64,000 bases of DNA from an uncultured Chloroflexia bacterium (GTDB lineage Bacteria; Chloroflexota; Limnocylindria; Limnocylindrales; CSP1-4), in the NCBI GenBank assembly GCA_963738685.1, contig CAVTXK010000002.1, forward strand, positions 944,168 through 1,008,167, given 5' to 3'. The notes beneath the pieces were generated by a model. The model worked only from the letters and a program-made list of their open reading frames with translations, ran no database searches and was not told the origin of the DNA. Shown piece after piece: positions 1-13,851 of this stretch. Position numbers and translations under genes: made by a program. Position 1 is the first letter of the stretch, and each line of letters starts with the position of its first letter.

Positions 1-211
1 CGCGCAGGTCGCCGCGCACGTCGAGCGGGCGGAACGACTGGCGGAATGCCGTCCCGATCCCCATCCGGGCGGGCTGGGCCGTGGTGCTCGAGCGAGTGGC
101 CGTCGACGGCTCGTCGTCGACCTCGTCGTCGATGATCTCGTCGGGGAGCCCGTGCTCGGCTCGGTAGCGGCGACGGGCGTCGGCGCGGGCGGTCCTCTTG
201 GCGCGGGCCAC
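1..211 (-). CDS. hypothetical protein, N-terminal part only (gene runs off the window start)
   Basis: The minus strand has a GTG at 211-209 preceded by AGGAGAG. It translates as [35 protein letters not shown]...[21 protein letters not shown] with GC-rich third positions. The gene is divergent from the 358 gene. I recognise no family. Confidence 0.4.
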   Translation of the reverse strand, partial: MARAKRTARADARRRYRAEHGLPDEIIDDEVDDEPSTATRSSTTAQPARMGIGTAFRQSFRPLDVRGDLR

Positions 212-357
212 GGTCTCTCCTGGTTTGGTCGGGGGTCGGATCGGGCGTCCGATCGGGCGGGTGGCGGTCATCGTAGTCGATAAGCCGCAGCTGAAGCGTC
301 TCCTGCTATCAATCGCGATGCGCCGCCACCCGCCCTGTCCCCGCCGGGAGGTCACGC

Positions 358-3300
358 ATGGATCGCGTCCGGCGCGCGGGGACCACCGCGCTCGCTGTCG
401 TCTTCGCCCTGCTCTCGGTGGGGAGCCCGGCCGACAGCCAGCCGTACGGCGTTGCCACCGCTCAGGCGGCATCGGTCGCCTGGCCGACCTCCACGCTGGT
501 GATCGCGGAGGTGCAGACCGGTGGCTCGACGGCGTCGGACGAGTTCGTGGAGATCGCGAACCAGGGGCCGCCCCGGTAGACCTGAGTGGTCTCGAGGTCG
601 TCTACGCGACGTCGTCCGGCTCGACGGTCACCCGCAAGGCGACCTGGGCCGGCCCGACCGTGGTCGAGCCCGGGCGGCGCGTGTTGATCGTGAACGGCGC
701 GGGGGCGTATGCCGCGGCGGGCGACGTCGTCTACACCGGCGGGTTTGCGGCGACCGGTGGCGCGGTCGCGCTGCGGGTCGTCGGTGGGACGGTGGTCGAC
801 GCCGTGGGTTGGGGCGATGCCGTGAACGCCTTCGTGGAGGGGACGCCTGCCGCCGCGCCGGCCGCCGGGTCCTCGCTGGAGCGGCGACCGGGTGGTGCCC
901 TTGGCAACGGGACCGACACGAACGACAACGCGCTCGATTTCGGGGTGGTCGCGGTGCCCGGGCCGCAGGGCTCGTCTGCGCCGCCGGTTCCCGCGCCGGG
1001 TGCGACGCCCGCGCCGACTGCGACGCCCTGCCGACTCCGATTCCGACACCGACGCCGACGCCGATCGACCCCGGCCCCGACCGACACGCCGGCCCCGAGT
1101 GATGCGCCAACGCCAACGCCGAGCGCGACCCCGACCCCGACGCCGACGCCGAGTCCGACGCCGACGCCGAGTCCGACCCCGACGCCGAGTCCGACCCCGA
1201 CGCCGACGTCCGACCCCGACGCCGAGTCCGACCCCGACGCCGAGTCCGACCCCGACGCCGAGTCCGACCCCGACGCCGAGTCCGACCCCGACGCCGATCC
1301 GACCCCGACCGTCATTGACATCGGCGTCGCGCGGACGATGCCGGACGACGCAGTCGTCACCGTGTCGGGCGTGCTGACGACCGCGCTCGGTGCCCTGGAG
1401 ACGGGACGAACCGCATTCGTCGAGGACGAGACCGCCGGGATCGCGGTCTATCTCGATGCCCCGGTCGTCACGATGTTGCCGGCGGGGACCGCGGTACTCG
1501 TCGGCGGGACCCTCGACACCCGCTACGGGCAGCGGACGCTGCGCGCCACGGAGATCGAGCTCGTCGTCCTCGGTGAACCCGGTCTGCAGGCTGCACCTTC
1601 GATGGCGACAGGCGACGCGACCGAGGCCGCCGAGGGCCGGCGGATCACGATCGCAGGCGTGGTGGTCGGAGGCACCGATGTGCTCGCTGACGGGCTCGCC
1701 GTTTCGGTCGATGACGGGTCCGGGGCCGTGCGCATCGTCGTCACGCCGGCCGCGCTGGGGGACCGCGGTCTTGCGTCGGGCAGCACGGTCGGGGCGACCG
1801 GCCCGCTCGGGCAGCGCGACAGCTCCGGGACGGGCACGACTGGGTATCGACTGTATGTGACGCTCGCCGCGGACCTCGACGTCCAGCCGCCACCCGAGCC
1901 CACACCGAGCCCGACGCCCACGCCGTCACCGACCGCCGCACCCACGCCGACGCCGACCGCGTCGTCAACGCTCGACCCGACGCCGACGCCCGTCCCGACG
2001 GCGCCACCGACCCAGACGCCGATCCCGACGCCGACGCCGAGCCCGTCTCCGGCGGCGTCGACTATCGCCGCTGCGCGCCGGTCGCCGATCGGCTCGGTCG
2101 TGACGGTTCGTGGCGTGGTCACCGCTGAGGCCGGCCGTCTCGGCACACCGGCGTTGATGGCCATCGCCGATGCGACCGGCGGCATCGTCGTGAAGCTCCC
2201 GGACGCGGCCAGCGCGCCGGCCCGTGGGCAGACCGTCACCGTTCGAGGCGCACTGGCCGACCCGTACGGTCAGCGCGAGGTACGGCCCGCGGCGGGCGCG
2301 ATGTCCGTGGATGGCGTGGGCTCGGTGCCCGCGCCCGTCGACCTGGGAACGGCCGGGCCGGACGAGTTGAGCGAGGCACGGCTCGTGCGGCTGACCGGCA
2401 CGGTCGTCGTCAAGCCGAGCAAGTCGACGAGCGGCGACATCTCGTTCCAGGTCGAGACTTCGGCCGGGACGCGGATCCGGGTCATGGCCGATGCCTCGAG
2501 CGGGGTCACGACGGCATCCGTCTCGTCGGATGGGCGCTACCGGATCACCGGTATCGCGGGTCAACGGGCGACCAAGAAGGGCGCGCTCGACGGATACCGG
2601 ATCTGGCTTCGGGACCCGGCCGATCTGGTCCTCATCGCGGCCCCGTCGCCGCCGCCGTCCCCCTCGCCCACGACCGGTCCCACGCCCAAGCCGACCGCGA
2701 AGCCTTCGCCGAAGCCGTCCCGTTCCGACCCTTCGGTGGTGTCGATCGCGAACGCGCTCCGGACGAAGGACGACGACGTGGCCGTCGAGGCGGTCGTCAC
2801 GGCCGCGGCGACCTTGCTCGACGCATCCGGGCGTCGGATCGTCGTCCAGGACGCGACCGCCGCCATCGAGATCCTGCTGCCCAAGGACGTCCCCGCACCG
2901 GGCATCGGCGTGCGCGTTCGCGCCGTGGGTCGCGTCGGCAGCGCGTACGGAGCGCCTCGACTCCGCGCGACGGGACTCGAAACGCTCGGGACCGGCGCCG
3001 TCCCCGCCCCGATGCGGGTCCACGGCGCGCTGACCGCGGCCCACACCTGGCGGCTCGTCGCGGTGGCCGGTCGGATCGACGACGTCCGCAAGCTCGGGGA
3101 GCGGTGGCGGGCGGAGGTCGTGGTCGGGGCGCAGCGTCTCGTGGTCGTTGGTCAGCCCGGCGCCGGCATCCCGGTCGCGACCGTCATCGAAGGGCGAGCG
3201 GTAGAGGTGACCGGCATCGTCCGGCCCGCCTACCCGAGCGCGTCGGACAAGCGGGCGACCCTCCTGCCGCGATCATCGGCGGATGTCCGCGTGGCCGCCG

Positions 3301-3989
3301 GTGGGAGCGGGTCGGGCTCCGCCAGCGGATCGGGCGCCGGTGGCCCGACGACCACGACGGGAGGCGCCGCGTCCGATGCGGGTTCCGCTGGCGCGGGCGG
3401 TCCACACGGCTCGGCCGGCGCCTCGGGCCCGCTCGTCCCGGACGCCGACCTCGCCGATCTGGATGCCGTCCTCGGCACGACCGTCCGCGTCGGTGGCCTG
3501 GTGGTCGAACTCGAAACGGCCGGTTTCAGCCTCGACGACGGCACGGCCGTGGGCCTGGTCGTGCTGGCCGGGGAAGCGCTCGACTGGCTGCCGCTGATCG
3601 AGCCCGGCGATGCGATCAATGTCACCGGCCGGGTCGAGCGTCTCGATGACGGTGTCGTGGCGGTCGTCGTCGACGACCCGGCGGCCATCGCGCTGGGCAG
3701 CGACCTCGCGGCCCTCGCGGAGGCGTCGTCCGTTCCCGCGTCGGCTGGCCCGAGCGCCGCCACGGACCCGGCCGCCGGGCCCAACGTCGCCGGATTCGGC
3801 GACGACCTCAGCGGGCTCCCGGGGGCCGGCGCGGGCGTCGTGTCCCTCGGTCTCATCAGCCTCGCATCGCTGGCCGTGACCCTCCTCCGGCGGCGCCACG
3901 CCCGGCGCTTGCTGGCCGGCCGGGTGGCTGCCCGACTGGCCGCCCTGGGGAGCCATTCGCCGCCCGCAACCGGGCTGAGCGTGGCCTGA
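358..3989 (+). CDS. large secreted/anchored lamin-tail-domain (LTD) protein with repeated OB-fold-like modules and Pro/Thr linkers (one apparent frameshift near 564-567)
   Basis: - Start: ATG at 358 follows a GGGAGG RBS. The signal peptide reads [27 protein letters not shown].
- LTD-like motif: [24 protein letters not shown] | [13 protein letters not shown] ... [13 protein letters not shown]. It is split between frame 1 (358..579) and the 198..3989 frame.
- PT-rich and SDPDAE tandem linkers.
- Three repeated module pairs of the type VVTVSGVLT...[14 protein letters not shown]...RYGQRTLRA.
- A C-terminal hydrophobic helix followed by RRRHARR. Confidence 0.75.
1128..1300 (+). repeat. in-frame 18-bp tandem repeats (gagtccgaccccgacgcc and variants) encoding PTPSPT / SDPDAE linker
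   Basis: Direct reading shows at least 8 consecutive 18-bp units. They encode [18 protein letters not shown] followed by [24 protein letters not shown]. Confidence 0.85.
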
Positions 3990-4109
3990 GCGTGGCTCGT
4001 GCGTGGCGGATCGGGCGCCACGCACTCGGCTTGACGCTCGCGAGAACGCCGGACTATCCTCGGCCGAGTTTCGCGCCAGCGAAGCAGCCACACGAGCGAG
4101 GGAGAGGTC

Positions 4110-4985
4110 TTGCCGAACGCGGATTCCCGCGTCGATAGCCCACGTGATCGCCGGATCGCGATCCCAGAAGGGGAACGGCAGTACCACATCGGACTCGGAC
4201 CGGGAGACCTGGCCGAGTACATCCTCCTCCCCGGCGACCAGGACCGAACGACCCGCATCGCCGCGCGCTTCGACTCGATCGAGATGGAGCACCGGCATCG
4301 CGAGTTCGCATCGGCCACCGGATCCTTTCGCGGCCATCGGGTTTCGGTGGTCTCGACGGGTATCGGCACTGACAATGTCGAGATCGCGGTGGCTGAGATC
4401 CTGGCGATCACGGAACGGCCGACCTTCATCCGGGTCGGGTCGTGTGGGGCGCTCCAACCGGAGATGGACCTGGGCGACCTGGTCATCACCACCGGGGCGG
4501 TTCGCCTCGAATCGACCACGAGCTTCTTCGTCCACGATGGATACCCGGCGATCGCCGATCACGAGGCGACCCTGGCGCTCATCGAGGCCGCGGAGCGGCT
4601 CGGCCACCGATACCACGTCGGGGTGACGGCGACGGCACCGGGGTTCTTCGGGGCGCAAGGGCGTCCCATCCCGCAGTTGCCCATCCGCTACCCTGACCTG
4701 GCTGAGGACATGGCGCGCCAGCGCGTCATGAATTTCGAGATGGAGGCATCGGCCCTCCTGGTCCTCGCGTCGCTCGCTCGATGTCGAGCCGGCGTCGTCT
4801 GTGCGGTGTATGCCAACCGGACGACCGGCGCGTTCGTCGGAGGAGCGGCCAAGGACGCTGCCGAAGCAGCCTGCGTCGATACGGGCCTGGAGAGCCTGCT
4901 CGTGCTCGCCGCGATGGATGCCCAGAAGCGAGCTGCATCGACGGACCGCTGGCGGCCGTCGCTGTGGACCGATACACCCGCGTAA
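4110..4985 (+). CDS. nucleoside phosphorylase, PNP/UDP family 1 (uridine phosphorylase-like)
   Basis: TTG start after GGGAGAGG. Motifs include YHIGLGPGDLAEYILLPGDQDR, VVSTGIGTDNVEIAV, RVGSCGAL and NFEMEASAL, which are typical of Udp/DeoD-type phosphorylases. Confidence 0.8.
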   Translation: MPNADSRVDSPRDRRIAIPEGERQYHIGLGPGDLAEYILLPGDQDRTTRIAARFDSIEMEHRHREFASATGSFRGHRVSVVSTGIGTDNVEIAVAEILAITERPTFIRVGSCGALQPEMDLGDLVITTGAVRLESTTSFFVHDGYPAIADHEATLALIEAAERLGHRYHVGVTATAPGFFGAQGRPIPQLPIRYPDLAEDMARQRVMNFEMEASALLVLASLARCRAGVVCAVYANRTTGAFVGGAAKDAAEAACVDTGLESLLVLAAMDAQKRAASTDRWRPSLWTDTPA

Positions 4986-5062
4986 CCCAACACCCGCGTA
5001 ATCGATGAGCGGATGCGAGACAGAGGTTCCCGCGACGCTCAGTTGACCAGAGGAGGAGCCCG

Positions 5063-5204
5063 ATGGCTGAGGCCTATTGCGTCAAGGACAAGCAGAAGGT
5101 CGAAGTCGCAGAACGCACAGCGCATCACGATGAAGAACGGCAAGCCGGCGCTCCAGGGCACCTGTCCGATCTGCGGCGGCAAGGTCTTCAGGATCGGCGG
5201 CTGA
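5063..5204 (+). CDS. small zinc-ribbon protein, DUF5679-like (apparent 1-nt insertion near 5105-5108)
   Basis: GAGGAGG RBS then ATG. MAEAYCVKDKQKVEV in one frame continues as QNAQRITMKNGKPALQGTCPICGGKVFRIGG* in the 5013..5204 frame. The joined length and pattern match the small MAEAYCVKC...TMKNG...CP.CG.K.FRIG family. Confidence 0.6.
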
Positions 5205-5227
5205 CCGCTTCGTCACCCGACGCAACC

Positions 5228-5261
5228 GAACGGCCCCCTCCGGCAACGGCGGGGGCCGTTC
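5228..5261 (+). terminator. GC-rich hairpin downstream of the small zinc-ribbon gene
   Basis: The arms gaacggccccc / gggggccgttc form an 11-bp perfect stem around a 12-nt loop. There is no clear T-tract. Confidence 0.45.
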
Positions 5262-5300
5262 CATGTCCCGGGCCCGGCCGCGCAAGGCGCCCTTTGCTAG

Positions 5301-6482
<1,182 letters not shown>

Positions 6483-6490
6483 TGACACGC

Positions 6491-9770
<3,280 letters not shown>

Positions 9771-10274
9771 CGCGCCTGGTCCTGTGTGCTGGCCCACCGG
9801 ACCGACCACCTGGGCCGACCGACCACCACGGCCATGAGGCCACCCGGGTCGTGTGGACCGTTCGATCACCCTGGTCCGACTGGTCCCGTGCCGGGGCCCA
9901 CCCAGGCCCTCGAATCGGCCCGAGTTTTGGCATACATCCACTGGGTGCGTACTAATGCGACACCATGGGGCCGCAGAGCCCATGGCGGCACGAATCTGTG
10001 TCTAACTCGGCGCCCGGTGATTACAAGTCAAGGATTCAAGCCCGCGGCGCCCACTCCGTGCCCAGACCCTGAGATACCAGTCACCCCATGCATGGATGCC
10101 AACGATCGGGCCTCGGCTGGGCGTACGGGCACGGAACTGGAAGGCGGCGGTGGCCCGGGGCCCGCGCACTCGCCCAGCGGCGCAGCCTCGGCCGGTCAAG
10201 GCAGGGCGCGGGGAGCGCCGACATCTCCGGCACCACGGCCTTGCCACGGCCGGGATCGGCCCGGGCATGACGAC

Positions 10275-10295
10275 GCCCCGGGCGAAGCCCGGGGC
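10275..10295 (-). terminator. hairpin 34 nt downstream of the rpsT stop
   Basis: gccccgggc gaa gcccggggc is a perfect 9-bp stem with a 3-nt loop. No U-tract follows. Confidence 0.45.
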
Positions 10296-10328
10296 GCTCG
10301 GATCGGCGAGACTCCCGCGAGTCGCTCC

Positions 10329-11027
10329 CTAGCTCTTCTCCGCAGCCTTCTTCTTGGGCGCGGCCTTGGGCGCGGCCTTGGTCGCACTCGCCTTGGTCGC
10401 GCTCGCCTTGGCCGTCGACTTGGGCGACGCCTTGGCCGTCGACTTCGTCGCGGTCTTGGCCGCGGTCGACTTGACCGCGGTGGCCTTGGTCGCCGGGCGG
10501 GACGGCTTGGTGGTCGGGGCCGCGCTCTCGGTGGCGCTCGCCTCGGCGGCCTTGGCGGCGGCCGCCTCGGCACGAGCCGTCTTGCTCAGTGCGGCCCGGG
10601 CCTTGCCGGCTGCGGTCTGGGCGCCCTTGGCCTTGGTCGACTTGCCGGCTGCGATCCGGGCCTTGGCGGCCTTGGCCGCAGCGGCCTTGCCGGTCTGCTT
10701 GACGACTCGGGTCGTGGTCTGGACGTGGGTCCCACCGAGGGCCGCATTGACCTTGCGGGTCAGGCGCGACTTGCGGCGCGCGGCGGCGTTCGGGTGGATG
10801 GCACCGGCCTTGGCCGCGCGATCGAGCGCCGACAGCGCCTCGATCAGGGCGACCGTGGCGTCGGCGCCGTCGGTCGGGGCGGCGGCGACGCTGATGGCCT
10901 TCGCCACGTACGTCTTCGCGGCGGCGCGGCGGGGACCCAGGATGTCGTGACGGCGGGCAGCCTGCCGGACGCGCTTGAGGCCCGACGGAGTGCGGGCGCC
11001 CGTCCATGTGCGGGGCGTCTTGGCCAA
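10329..11027 (-). CDS. rpsT: 30S ribosomal protein S20 with ~140-aa Ala/Lys/Thr-rich C-terminal extension
   Basis: TTG start 8 nt after GAGG. The S20 core reads LKRVRQAARRHDILGPRRAAAKTYVAKAI...LDRAAKAGAIHPNAAARRKSRLTRKV. A long AKAAKA / KSTAKAS repeat tail follows. The total is 232 aa against about 86-90 for a canonical S20. Confidence 0.85.
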   Translation of the reverse strand: MAKTPRTWTGARTPSGLKRVRQAARRHDILGPRRAAAKTYVAKAISVAAAPTDGADATVALIEALSALDRAAKAGAIHPNAAARRKSRLTRKVNAALGGTHVQTTTRVVKQTGKAAAAKAAKARIAAGKSTKAKGAQTAAGKARAALSKTARAEAAAAKAAEASATESAAPTTKPSRPATKATAVKSTAAKTATKSTAKASPKSTAKASATKASATKAAPKAAPKKKAAEKS

Positions 11028-11228
11028 GGAAGGAACCTCGTTTGAAAGTCGATCGATGTGGTGGGCGTGGGCGTCACGGCACGAGATGAGCGCCGGGCGC
11101 GAACGCGGATGGTATCACAACGGGCCGGAAATCCCGGAGCGTCGCAACGGCTGGTAGGCCGCTCGGCGGAAAGCCCCCGTACGACCGGCACGTGGCCGTC
11201 ACAAGCGCGACAGCCTACCGTTCGAGAC

Positions 11229-12773
11229 ATGCCATCTCGACCGGTCCGCCTTGTTTTCGTGTGCCTCTCGAGTCTCGTCGCTCTCGCCGTCACCAGCCTC
11301 GCGATCGTCGCTCCGAGCGCCGGCCCACAGGTCGTGATCCTCATGTGCGTGGGCGCGGCATTCGCGGCGGGCGGCTTCGTCGCCTGGATGAGCACCCGGC
11401 GCGTCCAGAAGGTCATCGCCCACATGGAACGGCTGCAGTCCGGCGACCACGTCAGGATCGAGCGGACGGGTCACGGGATCACGGGCCGCCTGGAGCGGGC
11501 CTTCAACGACGTGTCCGATCACCTGCGCGAGACGCACGATGCGGCCACGATGGATCGACTCACCCAGGTCTCCAACCGCGGCAACGTGCTCTCAGGCCTC
11601 CTGCACGAGATCGAGCGGGCGGTCCGCCACCAGCGGCCATTGTCCGTCGCCTTCGTCGACATCGATCATTTCAAGGAGATCAACGACACCTACGGCCATC
11701 ACGTCGGCGATGAGGTCCTGCGTGAGGTCGCGCTGCTGTTCCGCGACAACATCCGGGTCACGGACGTCATCGGTCGATACGGCGGCGAGGAATTCATGAT
11801 CATCCTGCCGGAGTCGATGCCCGAGGAGGCCGCCGAGGTCGCCGAGAAGCTCCGGCTGCTCGTGCAGCGCCGGGAGTTCCAGGTCGATGCCCCGACGCCG
11901 CTGCGCGTGACGATCTCGGTCGGGATCGCCGGCGGTCAGGGTTCGACCCTCCGTCCCGAGACGCTCATCCAGTGGGCGGACCAGGCGATGTACGTGGCCA
12001 AGTCGCTCGGGCGGAACCAGACATACGTGTTCCGCGAGCCGGACGAGGATGCGCGCGTCGTCGGTGCGCCGATCTCCCGGGCCGGTCGAGCGCGGGCGAT
12101 CGAAGTCGCGGCCGTGGCCCGCCGGGCGGCCGAGCTTGCCCTCACCGAGGTCATCGACCCGCTGCCGCACTATCGCGGCAAGCCGTCATCCCTCATCGCC
12201 ACGATCGCCCTCGCCATGGCGCGAGATCTCGCCCTTCCGGCGCAGGAGATCGAGCGCATCCGGATCGCGTCGCTCCTCCACGACATCGGCAAGATCGCCG
12301 TCCCGGAGCACATCCTCGAGAAGCCGGCTCCGTTGGACGACGCCGAGTGGAGTTTCGTCCGGCAGCATCCGCGCATCGGCCAGCTCATCCTCGACGAGTC
12401 GGGCGGCCTGCGCGAGTCCGGCAAGATCATCCTGCATCACCACGAGCGCTTCAGCGGCCACGGCTACCCCCACGGCCTGCGTGGTCGGCAGATTCCCCTC
12501 GGGTCGCGCATCGTCGCGATCGCCGATGCCTACGACGCCATGGTGCGCGACCGCCCCTACAAGTCCGCGATCTCCCACGACCAGGCGCTCAACGAGCTCC
12601 GCCGCTGTGCCGGCACGCAGTTCGACCCAGATCTTGTCGCCGTGTTCCTCCGGCACTACACGAATGGGGCCCCGATCCCCGACGACGGCCTGCTGACGGT
12701 CCGCGATCCGGCGGCCGCCGGTGCATCGTCGCCGACGCTCAAGCCGCGGACCCGCAAGCGCCTGCCGGCCTGA
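11229..12773 (+). CDS. membrane-anchored GGDEF diguanylate cyclase fused to HD-GYP phosphodiesterase domain
   Basis: I chose the in-frame ATG at 11229 (MPSRPVRLVFVCLSS...). The protein has two N-terminal TM segments. GGDEF domain: DHFKEINDTYGHHVGD, RYGGEEFMIIL. HD-GYP domain: LLHDIGKIAVPE, HHHERFSGHGYPHGL, IADAYDAM. Confidence 0.85.
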   Translation: MPSRPVRLVFVCLSSLVALAVTSLAIVAPSAGPQVVILMCVGAAFAAGGFVAWMSTRRVQKVIAHMERLQSGDHVRIERTGHGITGRLERAFNDVSDHLRETHDAATMDRLTQVSNRGNVLSGLLHEIERAVRHQRPLSVAFVDIDHFKEINDTYGHHVGDEVLREVALLFRDNIRVTDVIGRYGGEEFMIILPESMPEEAAEVAEKLRLLVQRREFQVDAPTPLRVTISVGIAGGQGSTLRPETLIQWADQAMYVAKSLGRNQTYVFREPDEDARVVGAPISRAGRARAIEVAAVARRAAELALTEVIDPLPHYRGKPSSLIATIALAMARDLALPAQEIERIRIASLLHDIGKIAVPEHILEKPAPLDDAEWSFVRQHPRIGQLILDESGGLRESGKIILHHHERFSGHGYPHGLRGRQIPLGSRIVAIADAYDAMVRDRPYKSAISHDQALNELRRCAGTQFDPDLVAVFLRHYTNGAPIPDDGLLTVRDPAAAGASSPTLKPRTRKRLPA

Positions 12774-12851
12774 CCAACGGCAACGGCGCCGGCCACCCCG
12801 AGCACTTCAACCACCCCGCACCGACTGCTGCTTCCCGCCAGACTACGCCGC

Positions 12852-13832
12852 GTGACCGCGATCCTCGGTGGTCTGACCGCCGCCGTCCTGTGGGCGACCG
12901 CGACCCTGGCCTCCTCCCGGTCGAGCCGGATGATCGGCTCCCGGGTCGTGCTCGCGTGGGTGATGATCGTGGGAACGATCGTCGGGCTGCCGCTGGCGCT
13001 CGCGAGCGGCGTCCCACGCGATGTGCCGCCCGGCGCCCTGCCGTTGCTCGCTCTCGCCGGTGTCTGTTACTCCGCCGGCCTGGGCGCGACGTACAAGGCC
13101 CTGACCATCGGCAAGGTCTCGATCATCGCGCCGATCGTCGCGACCGAGGGCGCGATCGGGGCCCTGATCGCGGTCGCGCTCGGTGACACGCTCGCGCTGA
13201 CCGCCGCGATCCTGCTCATGGTCATCGCCGCGGGGGTCGTCCTGGCCGCCATCGAGCCGGCCCGCCCCGACGTTCCGGCCGGCGACATCGAGCTCGCGGC
13301 CGACGCCCTCGACGGACCGGCCACCCCTGCCGAGATCGAGGCCCACGCGGACGCGCGGGCCGGGGCCCAGGCCCGGATCGATGCGCACCGTGCCAACGAC
13401 GCCGACGAGGCCGCCCGCACCCGCAAGGCCGCGGCCCTCGCCGTCCTCGCGGCGCTCATCTTTGGCGTGGGCCTGGTTGCGGCTGGGAAGGCCGCCCTCC
13501 TCGTCCCACCGATCTGGGTGTCGCTGAGCTCGCGCGTCATCGGGCTCGGCATCGTGGCGCTGCCGCTCATCCTCCAGCGTCGTCTGACCCTGACCCGACG
13601 AGTCCTGCCGCTCGTCGTCGTGGCGGGGATCTGCGAGGTCCTGGGTTCGACCGCCTCGGCCTGGGGCGCCACGGACAACATCCCGATCTCGGCGGTCCTC
13701 GGCTCCCAGTTCGCGGCCATCGCCGCGGTCGTCGCGTTCCTGCTGTTCGGTGAGCGGCTGTCCCGCTCGCAGGTGGCCGGCGTCGTGCTCATCGTGGCCG
13801 GCGTGACAGCCCTCGCGGCGTCGAGCGTCTGA
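12852..13832 (+). CDS. EamA/DMT-family transporter with a hydrophilic central linker
   Basis: Two 5-TM-like halves ([12 protein letters not shown]..., [39 protein letters not shown]) are separated by an Asp/Ala-rich segment of about 60 aa. Confidence 0.7.
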   Translation: MTAILGGLTAAVLWATATLASSRSSRMIGSRVVLAWVMIVGTIVGLPLALASGVPRDVPPGALPLLALAGVCYSAGLGATYKALTIGKVSIIAPIVATEGAIGALIAVALGDTLALTAAILLMVIAAGVVLAAIEPARPDVPAGDIELAADALDGPATPAEIEAHADARAGAQARIDAHRANDADEAARTRKAAALAVLAALIFGVGLVAAGKAALLVPPIWVSLSSRVIGLGIVALPLILQRRLTLTRRVLPLVVVAGICEVLGSTASAWGATDNIPISAVLGSQFAAIAAVVAFLLFGERLSRSQVAGVVLIVAGVTALAASSV

Positions 13833-13851
13833 CCGGCTACACTCCCGCCTC

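Noticed and set aside
10031-10055. ggattcaagcccgcggcgccc resembles a tRNA/tmRNA T-loop plus acceptor 3' strand. The opposite strand has GGGGTGAC at 10081-10088, which looks like a tmRNA 5' end.
   Set aside because: No complementary 5' T-stem strand precedes the loop. No matching acceptor-stem partner or CCA end is found at a sensible distance on either strand. No tag-peptide reading frame ending in a stop is present. Only a generic ncRNA candidate remains.
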